Both the position numbers and the translations under genes were made by a program. Below, in pieces: positions 43,201-58,889 of a stretch of 64,000 nt of DNA (the stretch's first letter is position 1; every line of letters begins with the position of its first letter). Origin of the DNA: the human T2T-CHM13v2.0 reference genome, Homo sapiens. Location: NCBI RefSeq assembly GCF_009914755.1, contig NC_060925.1. The stretch is one strand, 5' to 3'. The notes under the pieces were generated by a model. It was not told the DNA's origin. It did no database searches and worked only from the letters and a program-made list of their open reading frames with translations.

Positions 43201-46069
43201 ATGGAATGGAATGGAATAATCCATGGACTCGAATGCAATCATCATCGAATGGAATCGAATGGAATCATCGAATGGACTCGAATGGAATAATCATTGAACG
43301 GAATCGAATGGAATCATCATCGGATGGAAATGAATGGAATCATCATCGAATGGAATCGAATAGAATTATGGAATGAAATCCAGTGTGATCATCATCGAAT
43401 GGACCCGAATGGAATCATCATCCAACGGAAGCTAATGGAATCAACATAGAATGAATCAAATGGAAACACCATCGAATTGAAACGAATGGAATTATCATGA
43501 AATTGAAATGGATGGACTCATCATCGAATGGATTCGAATGGAATCATCGAATAAAATTGATTGAAATCATCATCCAATGGAATCGAATGGTATCATTGAA
43601 TGGAATCGAATGGAATCATCATCAGATGGAAATGAATGGAATCGTCATAGAATGGAATCGAATGGATTCATTGAATGGAATCAGATGGAATCATCGAATG
43701 GACTGGAATGGAATCATTGAATGGACTCGAAAGGGATCATTTTTGAATGGAATTGAATGGAATCATCGAATGGTCTCGATTGGAATCATTATCAAATGGA
43801 ATCGAATGGAATCACCGAATAGAATCGAATGGAACAATCATCGAATGGACTCAAATGGAATTATCCTCCAATGGAATCGAATGGAATTATCGAATGCAAT
43901 CGAATGGAATTATCGAATGCAATCGAATAGAATCATCGAATGGACTCGAATGGAATCATCGAATGGAATGGAATGGAACAGTCAATGAACTCGAATGGAA
44001 TCATCATTGAATGGAATCGAATGGAATCATCGAGTGGAATCGAATGGAATTATGATCAAATGGAATCGAATGTAATCATCATCAAATGGAATCAAAAATA
44101 ACCATCATCAATTGGTATTGAATGGAATTGTCATCAAATGGAATTCAAAGGAATCATCATCAAATGGAACCGAATGGAATCCTCATTGAATGGAAATGAA
44201 AGGGGTCATCATCTAATGGAATCGCATGGAATCATCATCAAATGGAATCGAATGGAATCATCATCAAATGGAATCTAATGGAATCATTGAACAGAATTGA
44301 ATGGAATCGTCATCGAATGAATTGAATGCAATCATCGAATGGTCTCGAATGGAATCATCTTCTAATGGAAAGGAATGGAATCATCGCATAGAATCGAATG
44401 GAATTATCATCGAATGGAATCGGATGGTATCAACACCAAACGGAAAAAAACGGAATTATCGAATGGAATCGAAGAGAATCTTCGAACGGACCCGAATGGA
44501 ATCATCTAATGGAATGGAATGGAATAATCCATGGACTCGAATGCAATCATCATCGAATGGAATCGAATGGAATCATCGAATGGACTCGAATGGAATAATC
44601 ATTGAACGGAATCGAATGGAATCATCATCGGATGGAAACGAATGGAATCATCATCGAATGGAAATCAAAGGAGTCATCATCTAATGGAATTGCATGGAAT
44701 CATCATAAAATGGAATCGAATGGAATCAACATCAAATGGAATCAAATGGAATCATTGAATGGAATTGAATGGAATCGTCATCGAATGAATTGAATGCAAT
44801 CATCGAATGGTCTCGAATGGAATCATCTTCAAATGGAATGGAATGGAATCATCGCATAGACTCGAATGGAATTATCATCGAATGGAATCGAATGGAATCA
44901 ACATCAAACGGAAAAAAACGGAATTATCGAATGGAATCGAAGAGAATCATCGAATGGTCCCGAATGGAATCATCTAATGGAATGGAATGGAATAATCCAT
45001 GGACTCGAATGCAATCATCATCGAATGGAATCGAATGGAATCATCGAATGGACTCAAATGGAATAATCATTGAACGGAATCGAATGGAATCATCATCGGA
45101 TGGAAATGAATGGAATCATCATCGAATGGAATCGAATAGAATTATGGAATGAAATCCAGTGTGATCATCATCGAATGGACCCGAATGGAATCATCATCCA
45201 ACGGAAGCTAATGGAATCAACATCGAATGAATCGAATGGAAACACCATCGAATTGAAACGAATGGAATTATCATGAAATTGAAATGGATGGACTCATCAT
45301 CGAATGGATTCGAATGGAATCATCGAATAAAATTGATTGAAATCATCATCGAATGGAATCGAATGGTATCATTGAATGGAATCGAATGGAATCATCATCA
45401 GATGGAAATGAATGGAATCGTCATAGAATGGAATCGAATGGATTCATTGAATGGAATCAGATGGAATCATCGAATGGACTGGAATGGAATCATTGAATGG
45501 ACTCGAAAGGGATCATTATTGAATGGAATTGAATGGAATCATCGAATGGTCTCGATTGGAATGATTATCAAATGGAATCGAATGGAATCACCGAATAGAA
45601 TCGAATGGAACAATCATCGAATGGACTCAAATGGAATTATCCTCCAATGGAATCGAATGGAATTATCGAATGCAATCGAATGGAATTATCGAATGCAATC
45701 GAATAGAATCATCGAATGGACTCGAATGGAATCATCGAATGGAATGGAATGGAACAGTCAATGAACTCGAATGGAATCATCATTGAATGGAATCGAATGG
45801 AATCATCGAGTGGAATCGAATGGAATTATGATCAAATGGAATCGAATGTAATCATCATCAAATGGAATCAAAAATAACCATCATCAATTGGTATTGAATG
45901 GAATTGTCATCAAATGGAATTCAAAGGAATCATCATCAAATGGAACCGAATGGAATCCTCATTGAATGGAAATGAAAGGGGTCATCATCTAATGGAATTG
46001 CATGGAATCATCATCAAATGGAATCGAATGGAATCATCATCAAATGGAATCTAATGGAATCATTGAACA

Positions 46070-49000
46070 GAATTGAATGGAATCGTCATCGAATGAATTG
46101 AATGCAATCATCGAATGGTCTCGAATGGAATCATCTTCTAATGGAAATGAATGGAATCATCGCATAGAATCGAATGGAATTAACATTGAATGGACTCGAA
46201 TGGAATCAACATCAAACGGAATCAAGCGGAATTATCGAATGGAATCGAAGAGATTCATCGAATGGACTCGAATGGAATCATCTAATGGAATGGAATGGAA
46301 TAATCCATGGACCAGAATGCAATCATCATCGTATAAAATCGAATGGAATCATCGAATGGACTCGAATGGAATAATCATTGAACGGAATCGAATGGAATCA
46401 TCATCGGATGGAAACGAATGGAATCATCATCGAATGGAAATGAAAGGAGTCATCATCTAATGGAATTGCATGGAATCATCATAAAATGGAATCGAATGGA
46501 ATCAACATCAAATGGAATCAAATGGAATCATTGAACGGAATTGAATGGAGTCGTCATCGAATGAATTGAATGCAATCATCGAATGGTCTCGAATGGAATC
46601 ATCTTCAAATGGAATGGAATGGAATCATCGCATAGAATCGAATGGAATTATCATCGAATGGAATCGAATGGAATCAACCTCAAACGGAAAAAAACGGAAT
46701 TATCGAATGGAATCGAAGAGAATCATCGAATGGACCCGAATGGAATCATCTAATGGAATGGAATGGAGTAATCCATGGACTCGAATGCAATCATCATCGA
46801 ATGGAATCGAATGGAATCATCGAGTGGACTCGAATGGAATAATCATTGAACGGAATCGAATGGAATCATCATCGGATGGAAATGAATGGAATCATCATCG
46901 AATGGAATCGAATAGAATTATGGAATGAAATCCAGTGTGATCATCATCGAATGGACCCGAATGGAATCATCATCCAATGGAAGCTAATGGAATCAACATC
47001 GAATGAATCGAATGGAAACACCATCGAATTGAAACGAATGGAATTACCATGAAATTGAAATGGATGGACTCATCATCGAATGGATTCGGATGGAATCATC
47101 GAATAAAATTGATTGAAATCATCATCGAATGGAATCGAATGGTATCATTGAATGGAATCGAATGGAATCATCATCAGATGGAAATGAATGGAATCGTCAT
47201 AGAATGGAATCGAATGGATTCATTGAATGGAATCAGATGGAATCATCGAATGGACTGGAATGGAATCATTGAATGGACACGAAAGGGATCATGATTGAAT
47301 GGAATTGAATGGAATCATTGAATGGTCTCGATTGGAATCATTATCAAATGGAATCGAATGGAATCACCGAATAGAATCGAATGGAACAATCATCGAACGG
47401 ACTCAAATGGAATTATCCTTAAATGGAATCGAATGGAATTATCGAATGCAATCGAATGGAATTATCGAATGCAATCGAATAGAATCATCGAATGGACTCG
47501 AATGGAATCATCGAATGGAATGGAATGGAACAGTCAATGAACTCGAATGGAATCATCATTGAATGGAATCGAATGGAATCATCGAGTGGAATCGAATGGA
47601 ATTATGATCAAATGGAATCGAATGTAATCATCATCAAATGGAATCAAAAATAACCATCATCAATTGGTATTGAATGGAATTGTCATCAAATGGAATTCAA
47701 AGGAATCATCATCAAATGGAACTGAATGGAATCCTCATTGAATGGAAATGAAAGGGGTCATCATCTAATGGAATCGCATGGAATCATCATCAAATGGAAT
47801 CGAATGGAATCATCATCAAATGGAATCTAATGGAATCATTGAACAGAATTGAATGGAATCGTCATCGAATGAATTGAATGCAATCATCGAATGGTCTCGA
47901 ATGGAATCATCTTCTAATGGAAATGAATGGAATCATCGCATAGAATCGAATGGAATTAACATTGAATGGACTCGAATGGAATCAACATCAAACGGAATCA
48001 AGCGGAATTATCGAATGGAATCGAAGAGATTCATTGAATGGACTCGAATAGAATCATCTAATGGAATGGAATGGAATAATCCATGGACCCGAATGCAATC
48101 ATCATCGTATAAAATCGAATGGAATCATCGAATGGACTCGAATGGAATAATCATTGAACGGAATCGAATGGAATCATCATCGGATGGAAACGAATGGAAT
48201 CATCATCGAATGGAAATGAAAGGAGTCATCATCTAATGGAATTGCATGGAATCATCATAAAATGGAATCGAATGGAATCAACATCAAATGGAATCAAATG
48301 GAATCATTGAACGGAATTGAATGGAGCCGTCATCGAATGAATTGAATGCAATCATCGAATGGTCTCGAATGGAATCATCTTCAAATGGAATGGAATGGAA
48401 TCATCGCATAGAATCGAATGGAATTATCATCGAATGGAATCGAATGGAATCAACATCCAACGGAAAAAAACGGAATTATCGAATGGAATCGAAGAGAATC
48501 ATCGAATGGACCCGAATGGAATCATCTAATGGAATGGAATGGAATAATCCATGGACTCGAATGCAATCATCATCGAATGGAATCGAATGGAATCATCGAG
48601 TGGACTCGAATGGAATAATCATTGAACGGAAACGAATGGAATCATCATCGGATGGAAATGAATGGAATCATCATCGAATGGAATCGAATAGAATTATGGA
48701 ATGAAATCCAGTGTGATCATCATCGAATGGACCCGAATGGAATCATCATCCAACGGAAGCTAATGGAATCAACATCGAATGAATCGAATGGAAACACCAT
48801 CGAATTGAAACGAATGGAATTATCATGAAATTGAAATGGATGGACTCATCATCGAATGGATTCGAATGGAATCATCGAATAAAATTGATTGAAATCATCA
48901 TCGAATTGAATCGAATTGTATCATTGAATGGAATCGAATGGAATCATCATCAGATGGAAATGAATGGAATCGTCATAGAATGGAATCGAATGGATTCATT

Positions 49001-50670
49001 GAATGGAATCAGATGGAATCATCGAATGGACTGGAATGGAATCATTGAATGGACTCGAAAGGGATCATGATTGAATGGAATTGAATGGAATCATCGAATG
49101 GTCTCGATTGGAATCATTATCAAATGGAATCGAATGGAATCACCGAATAGAATCGAATGGAACAATCATCGAATGGACTCAAATGGAATTATCCTCAAAT
49201 GGAATCGAATGGAATTATCGAATGCAATCGAATGGAATTATCGAATGCAATCGAATAGAATCATCGAATGGACTCGAATGGAATCATCGAATGGAATGGA
49301 ATGGAACAGTCAATGAACTCGAATGGAATCATCATTGAATGGAATCGAATGGAATCATCGAGTGGAATCGAATGGAATTATGATCAAATGGAATCGAATG
49401 TAATCATCATCAAATGGAATCAAAAATAACCATCATCAATTGGTATTGAATGGAATTGTCATCAAATGGAATTCAAAGGAATCATCATCAAATGGAACCG
49501 AATGGAATCCTCATTGAATGGAAATGAAAGGGGTCATCATCTAATGGAATCGCATGGAATCATCATCAAATGGAATCGAATGGAATCATCATCAAATGGA
49601 ATCTAATGGAATCATTGAACAGAATTGAATGGAATCGTCATCGAATGAATTGAATGCAATCATCGAATGGTCTCGAATGGAATCATCTTCTAATGGAAAG
49701 GAATGGAATCATCGCATAGAATCGAATGGAATTATCATCGAATGGAATCGAATGGTATCAACACCAAACGGAAAAAAACGGAATTATCGAATGGAATCGA
49801 AGAGAATCTTCGAACGGACCCGAATGGAATCATCTAATGGAATGGAATGGAATAATCCATGGACTCGAATGCAATCATCATCGAATGGAATCGAATGGAA
49901 TCATCGAATGGACTCGAATGGAATAATCATTGAACGGAATCGAATGGAATCATCATCGGATGGAAACGAATGGAATCATCATCGAGTGGAAATGAAAGGA
50001 GTCATCATCTAATGGAATTGCATGGAATCATCATAAAATGGAATCGAATGGAATCAACATCAAATGGAATCAAATGGAATCATTGAACGGAATTGAATGG
50101 AATCGTCATCGAATGAATTGACTGCAATCATCCAATGGTCTCGAATGGAATCATCTTCAAATGGAATGGAATGGAATCATCGCATAGAATCGAATGGAAT
50201 TATCATCGAATGGAATCGAATGGAATCAACATCAAACGGAAAAAAACGGAATTATCGAATGGAATCGAAGAGAATCATCGAATGGACCCGAATGGAATCA
50301 TCTAATGGAATGGAATGGAATAATCCATGGACTCGAATGCAATCATCATCGAATGGAATCGAATGGAATCATCGAATGAACTCGAATGGAATCATCATTG
50401 AATGGAATCGAATGGAATCATCGAGTGGAATCGAATGGAATTATGATCAAATGGAATTGAATGTAATCATCATCAAATGGAATCAAAAATAACCATCATC
50501 AATTGGTATTGAATGGAATTGTCATCAAATGGAATTCAAAGGAATCATCATCAAATGGAACCGAATGGAATCCTCATTGAATGGAAATGAAAGGGGTCAT
50601 CATCTAATGGAATCGCATGGAATCATCATCAAATGGAATCGAATGGAATCATTGAACAGAATTGAATGGA
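46070..50670 (+). repeat. Copy 2 of the dispersed ~4.6-kb duplicated block (offset 13,470/13,496)
   Basis: Landmark pairs 32607/46077, 33075/46545, 34357/47853, 36133/49629 and 37196/50666 carry matching variants. Confidence 0.88.
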
Positions 50671-53600
50671 ATCGTCATCGAATGAATTGAATGCAATCAT
50701 CGAATGGTCTCGAATGGAATCATCTTCTAATGGAAAGGAATGGAATCATCGCATAGAATCGAATGGAATTATCATCGAATGGAATCGAATGGTATCAACA
50801 CCAAACGGAAAAAAACGGAATTATCGAATGGAATCGAAGAGAATCTTCGAACGGACCCGAATGGAATCATCTAATGGAATGGAATGGAATAATCCATGGA
50901 CTCGAATGCAATCATCATCGAATGGAATCGAATGGAATCATCGAATGGACTCGAATGGAATAATCATTGAACGGAATCGAATGGAATCATCATCGGATGG
51001 AAACGAATGGAATCATCATCGAATGGAAATGAAAGGAGTCATCATCTAATGGAATTGCATGGAATCATCATAAAATGGAATCGAATGGAATCAACATCAA
51101 ATGGAATCAAATGGAATCATTGAACGGAATTGAATGGAATCGTCATCGAATGAATTGACTGCAATCATCCAATGGTCTCGAATGGAATCATCTTCAAATG
51201 GAATGGAATGGAATCATCGCATAGAATCGAATGGAATTATCATCGAATGGAATCGAATGGAATCAACATCAAACGGAAAAAAACGGAATTATCGAATGGA
51301 ATCGAAGAGAATCATCGAATGGCCCCGAATGGAATCATCTAATGGAATGGAATTGAATAATCGATGGACTCGAATGCAATCATCATCGAATGGAATCGAA
51401 TCGAATCATCGAATGGACTCGAATGGAATAATCATTGAATGGAATCGAATGGAATCATCATCGGATGGAAATGAATGGAATCATCATCGAATGGAATCGA
51501 ATAGAATTATGGAATGAAATCCAGTGTGATCATCATCGAATGGACCCGAATGGAATCATCATCCAACGGAAGCTAATGGAATCAACATCGAATGAATCAA
51601 ATGGAAACACCATCGAATTGAAACGAATGGAATTATCATGAAATTGAAATGGATGGACTCATCATCGAATGGATTCGAATGGAATAATCGAATAAAATTG
51701 ATTGAAATCATCATCGAATGGAATCGAATGGTATCATTGAATGGAATCGAATGGAATCATCATCAGATGGAAATGAATGGAATCGTCATAGAATGGAATC
51801 GAATGGATTCATTGAATGGAATCAGATGGAATCATCGAATGGACTGGAATGGAATCATTGAATGGACTCGAAAGGGATCATGATTGAATGGAATTGAATG
51901 GAATCATCGAATGGTCTCGATTGGAATCATTATCAAATGGAATCGAATGGAATCACCGAATAGAATCGAATGGAACAATCATCGAATGGACTCAAATGGA
52001 ATTATCCTCAAATGGAATCGAATGGAATTATCGAATGCAATCGAATGGAATTATCGAATGCAATCGAATAGAATCATCGAATGGACTCGAATGGAATCAT
52101 CGAATGGAATGGAATGGAACAGTCAATGAACTCGAATGGAATCATCATTGAATGGAATCGAATGGAATCATCGAGTGGAATCGAATGGAATTATGATCAA
52201 ATGGAATCGAATGTAATCATCATCAAATGGAATCAAAAATAACCATCATCAATTGGTATTGAATGGAATTGTCATCAAATGGAATTCAAAGGAATCATCA
52301 TCAAATGGAACCGAATGGAATCCTCATTGAATGGAAATGAAAGGGGTCATCATCTAATGGAATCGCATGGAATCATCATCAAATGGAATCGAATGGAATC
52401 ATCATCAAATGGAATCTAATGGAATCATTGAACAGAATTGAATGGAATCGTCATCGAATGAATTGAATGCAATCATCGAATGGTCTCGAATGGAATCATC
52501 TTCTAATGGAAAGGAATGGAATCATCGCATAGAATCGAATGGAATTATCATCGAATGGAATCGAATGGTATCAACACCAAACGGAAAAAAACGGAATTAT
52601 CGAATGGAATCGAAGAGAATCTTCGAACGGACCCGAATGGAATCATCTAATGGAATGGAATGGAATAATCCATGGACTCGAATGCAATCATCATCGAATG
52701 GAATCGAATGGAATCATCGAATGGACTCGAATGGAATAATCATTGAACGGAATCGAATGGAATCATCATCGGATGGAAACGAATGGAATCATCATCGAGT
52801 GGAAATGAAAGGAGTCATCATCTAATGGAATTGCATGGAATCATCATAAAATGGAATCGAATGGAATCAACATCAAATGGAATCAAATGGAATCATTGAA
52901 CGGAATTGAATGGAATCGTCATCGAATGAATTGACTGCAATCATCCAATGGTCTCGAATGGAATCATCTTCAAATGGAATGGAATGGAATCATCGCATAG
53001 AATCGAATGGAATTATCATCGAATGGAATCGAATGGAATCAACATCAAACGGAAAAAAACGGAATTATCGAATGGAATCGAAGAGAATCATCGAATGGAC
53101 CCGAATGGAATCATCTAATGGAATGGAATGGAATAATCCATGGACTCCAATGCAATCATCATCGAATGGAATCGAATGGAATCATCGAATGAACTCGAAT
53201 GGAATCATCATTGAATGGAATCGAATGGAATCATCGAGTGGAATCGAATGGAATTATGATCAAATGGAATTGAATGTAATCATCATCAAATGGAATCAAA
53301 AATAACCATCATCAATTGGTATTGAATGGAATTGTCATCAAATGGAATTCAAAGGAATCATCATCAAATGGAACCGAATGGAATCCTCATTGAATGGAAA
53401 TGAAAGGGGTCATCATCTAATGGAATCGCATGGAATCATCATCAAATGGAATCGAATGGAATCATCATCAAATGGAATCTAATGGAATCATTGAACAGAA
53501 TTGAATGGAATCGTCATCGAATGAATTGAATGCAATCATCGAATGGTCTCGAATGGAATCATCTTCTAATGGAAAGGAATGGAATCATCGCATAGAATCG

Positions 53601-56600
53601 AATGGAATTATCATCGAATGGAATCGAATGGTATCAACACCAAACGGAAAAAAACGGAATTATCGAATGGAATCGAAGAGAATCTTCGAACGGACCCGAA
53701 TGGAATCATCTAATGGAATGGAATGGAATAATCCATGGACTCGAATGCAATCATCATCGAATGGAATCGAATGGAATCATCGAATGGACTCGAATGGAAT
53801 AATCATTGAACGGAATCGAATGGAATCATCATCGGATGGAAACGAATGGAATCATCATCGAATGGAAATGAAAGGAGTCATCATCTAATGGAATTGCATG
53901 GAATCATCATAAAATGGAATCGAATGGAATCAACATCAAATGGAATCAAATGGAATCATTGAACGGAATTGAATGGAATCGTCATCGAATGAATTGACTG
54001 CAATCATCCAATGGTCTCGAATGGAATCATCTTCAAATGGAATGGAATGGAATCATCGCATAGAATCGAATGGAATTATCATCGAATGGAATCGAATGGA
54101 ATCAACATCAAACGGAAAAAAACGGAATTATCGAATGGAATCGAAGAGAATCATCGAATGGACCCGAATGGAATCATCTAATGGAATGGAATGGAATAAT
54201 CCATGGACTCCAATGCAATCATCATCGAATGGAATCGAATGGAATCATCGAATGGACTCGAATGGAATAATCATTGAATGGAATCGAATGGAATCATCAT
54301 CGGATGGAAATGAATGGAATCATCATCGAATGGAATCGAATAGAATTATGGAATGAAATCCAGTGTGATCATCATCGAATGGACCCGAATGGAATCATCA
54401 TCCAACGGAAGCTAATGGAATCAACATCGAATGAATCAAATGGAAACACCATCGAATTGAAACGAATGGAATTATCATGAAATTGAAATGGATGGACTCA
54501 TCATCGAATGGATTCGAATGGAATCATCGAATAAAATTGATTGAAATCATCATCGAATGGAATCGAATGGTATCATTGAATGGAATCGAATGGAATCATC
54601 ATCAGATGGAAATGAATGGAATCGTCATAGAATGGAATCGAATGGATTCATTGAATGGAATCAGATGGAATCATCGAATGGACTGGAATGGAATCATTGA
54701 ATGGACTCGAAAGGGATCATGATTGAATGGAATTGAATGGAATCATCGAATGGTCTCGATTGGAATCATTATCAAATGGAATCGAATGGAATCACCGAAT
54801 AGAACCGAATGGAACAATCATCGAATGGACTCAAATGGAATTATCCTCCAATGGAATCGAATGGAATTATCAAATGCAATCGAATGGAATTATCGAATGC
54901 AATCGAATAGAATCATCGAATGGACTCGAATGGAATCATCGAATGGAATGGAATGGAACAGTCAATGAACTCGAATGGAATCATCATTGAATGGAATCGA
55001 ATGGAATCATCGAGTGGAATCGAATGGAATTATGATCAAATGGAATCGAATGTTATCATCATCAAATGGAATCAAAAATAAACATCATCAATTGGTATTG
55101 AATGGAATTGTCATCAAATGGAATTCAAAGGAATCATCATCAAATGGAACCGAATGGAATCCTCATTGAATGGAAATGAAAGGGGTCATCATCTAATGGA
55201 ATCGCATGGAATCATCATCAAATGGAATCGAATGGAATCATCATCAAATGGAATCTAATGGAATCATTGAACAGAATTGAATGGAATCGTCATCGAATGA
55301 ATTGAATGCAATCATCGAATGGTCTCGAATGGAATCATCTTCTAATGGAAAGGAATGGAATCATCGCATAGAATCGAATGGAATTATCATCGAATGGAAT
55401 CGAATGGTATCAACACCAAACGGAAAAAAACGGAATTATCGAATGGAATCGAAGAGAATCTTCGAACGGACCCGAATGGAATCATCTAATGGAATGGAAT
55501 GGAATAATCCATGGACTCGAATGCAATCATCATCGAATGGAATCGAATGGAATCATCGAATGGACTCGAATGGAATAATCATTGAACGGAATCGAATGGA
55601 ATCATCATCGGATGGAAACGAATGGAATCATCATCGAGTGGAAATGAAAGGAGTCATCATCTAATGGAATTGCATGGAATCATCATAAAATGGAATCGAA
55701 TGGAATCAACATCAAATGGAATCAAATGGAATCATTGAACGGAATTGAATGGAATCGTCATCGAATGAATTGACTGCAATCATCCAATGGTCTCGAATGG
55801 AATCATCTTCAAATGGAATGGAATGGAATCATCGCATAGAATCGAATGGAATTATCATCGAATGGAATCGAATGGAATCAACATCAAACGGAAAAAAACG
55901 GAATTATCGAATGGAATCGAAGAGAATCATCGAATGGACCCGAATGGAATCATCTAATGGAATGGAATGGAATAATCCATGGACTCGAATGCAATCATCA
56001 TCGAATGGAATCGAATGGAATCATCGAATGAACTCGAATGGAATCATCATTGAATGGAATCGAATGGAATCATCAAGTGGAATCGAATGGAATTATGATC
56101 AAATGGAATTGAATGTAATCATCATCAAATGGAATCAAAAATAACCATCATCAATTGGTATTGAATGGAATTGTCATCAAATGGAATTCAAAGGAATCAT
56201 CATCAAATGGAACCGAATGGAATCCTCATTGAATGGAAATGAAAGGGGTCATCATCTAATGGAATCGCATGGAATCATCATCAAATGGAATCGAATGGAA
56301 TCATCATCAAATGGAATCTAATGGAATCATTGAACAGAATTGAATGGAATCGTCATCGAATGAATTGAATGCAATCATCGAATGGTCTCGAATGGAATCA
56401 TCTTCTAATGGAAAGGAATGGAATCATCGCATAGAATCGAATGGAATTATCATCGAATGGAATCGAATGGTATCAACACCAAACGGAAAAAAACGGAATT
56501 ATCGAATGGAATCGAAGAGAATCTTCGAACGGACCCGAATGGAATCATCTAATGGAATGGAATGGAATAATCCATGGACTCGAATGCAATCATCATCGAA

Positions 56601-58119
56601 TGGAATCGAATGGAATCATCGAATGGACTCGAATGGAATAATCATTGAACGGAATCGAATGGAATCATCATCGGATGGAAACGAATGGAATCATCATCGA
56701 ATGGAAATGAAAGGAGTCATCATCTAATGGAATTGCATGGAATCATCATAAAATGGAATCGAATGGAATCAACATCAAATGGAATCAAATGGAATCATTG
56801 AACGGAATTGAATGGAATCGTCATCGAATGAATTGACTGCAATCATCCAATGGTCTCGAATGGAATCATCTTCAAATGGAATGGAATGGAATCATCGCAT
56901 AGAATCGAATGGAATTATCATCGAATGGAATCGAATGGAATCAACATCAAACGGAAAAAAACGGAATTATCGAATGGAATCGAAGAGAATCATCGAATGG
57001 ACCCGAATGGAATCATCTAATGGAATGGAATTGAATAATCGATGGACTCGAATGCAATCATCATCGAATGGAATCGAATCGAATCATCGAATGGACTCGA
57101 ATGGAATAATCATTGAATGGAATCGAATGGAATCATCATCGGATGGAAATGAATGGAATCATCATCGAATGGAATCGAATAGAATTATGGAATGAAATCC
57201 AGTGTGATCATCATCGAATGGACCCGAATGGAATCATCATCCAACGGAAGCTAATGGAATCAACATCGAATGAATCAAATGGAAACACCATCGAATTGAA
57301 ACGAATGGAATTATCATGAAATTGAAATGGATGGACTCATCATCGAATGGATTCGAATGGAATCATCGAATAAAATTGATTGAAATCATCATCCAATGGA
57401 ATCGAATGGTATCATTGAATGGAATCGAATGGAATCATCATCAGATGGAAATGAATGGAATCGTCATAGAATGGAATCGAATGGATTCATTGAATGGAAT
57501 CAGATGGAATCATCGAATGGACTGGAATGGAATCATTGAATGGACTCGAAAGGGATCATGATTGAATGGAATTGAATGGAATCATCGAATGGTCTCGATT
57601 GGAATCATTATCAAATGGAATCGAATGGAATCACCGAATAGAATCGAATGGAACAATCATCGAATGGACTCAAATGGAATTATCCTCAAATGGAATCGAA
57701 TGGAATTATCGAATGCAATCGAATGGAATTATCGAATGCAATCGAATAGAATCATCGAATGGACTCGAATGGAATCATCGAATGGAATGGAATGGAACAG
57801 TCAATGAACTCGAATGGAATCATCATTGAATGGAATCGAATGGAATCATCGAGTGGAATCGAATGGAATTATGATCAAATGGAATCGAATGTTATCATCA
57901 TCAAATGGAATCAAAAATAACCATCATCAATTGGTATTGAATGGAATTGTCATCAAATGGAATTCAAAGGAATCATCATCAAATGGAACCGAATGGAATC
58001 CTCATTGAATGGAAATGAAAGGGGTCATCATCTAATGGAATTGCATGGAATCATCATCAAATGGAATCGAATGGAATCATCATCAAATGGAATCTAATGG
58101 AATCATTGAACAGAATTGA
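49629..58119 (+). repeat. Second ~2,839-bp higher-order array (short + full unit) x3, family 2
   Basis: Landmarks 49629, 50666, 52442, 53505, 55281, 56344, 58120 (spacings 1037, 1776, 1063, 1776, 1063, 1776). Shared CGAGTGGAAATG and CAAATGGAATTGAATGTA; lacks the family-1 variants. Confidence 0.88.
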
Positions 58120-58889
58120 ATGGAATCGTCATCGAATGAATTGTATGCAATCATCGAATGGTCTCGAATGGAATCATCTTCTAATGGAAAGGAATGGAAT
58201 CATCGCATAGAATCGAATGGAATTATCATCGAATGGAATCGAATGGTATCAACACCAAACGGAAAAAAAACGGAATTATCGAATGGAATCGAAGAGAATC
58301 TTCGAACGGACCCGAATGGAATCATCTAATGGAATGGAATGGAATAATCCATGAACTCGAATGCAATCATCATCGAATGGAATCGAATGGAATCATCGAA
58401 TGGACTCGAATGGAATAATCATTGAACGGAATCGAATGGAATCATCATCGGATGGAAACGAATGGAATCATCATCGAATGGAAATGAAAGGAGTCATCAT
58501 CTAATGGAATTGCATGGAATCATCATAAAATGGAATCGAATGGAATCAACATCAAATGGAATCAAATGGAATCATTGAACGGAATTGAATGGAATCGTCA
58601 TCGAATGAATTGACTGCAATCATCCAATGGTCTCGAATGGAATCATCTTCAAATGGAATGGAATGGAATCATCGCATAGAATCGAATGGAATTATCATCG
58701 AATGGAATCGAATGGAATCAACATCAAACGGAAAAAAACGGAATTATCGAATGGAATCGAAGAGAATCATCGAATGGACCCGAATGGAATCATCTAATGG
58801 AATGGAATGGAATAATCCATGGACTCGAATGCAATCATCATCGAATGGAATCGAATGGAATCATCGAATGGACTCGAATGGAATAATCA

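Noticed and set aside
30334-45764. Longer or fused ORFs (147 aa at 30334, 163 aa at 43497 and 45273)
   Set aside because: They arise from a deletion junction or a single TGA>TTA/TTT change in the repeat, with no evidence of coding function.
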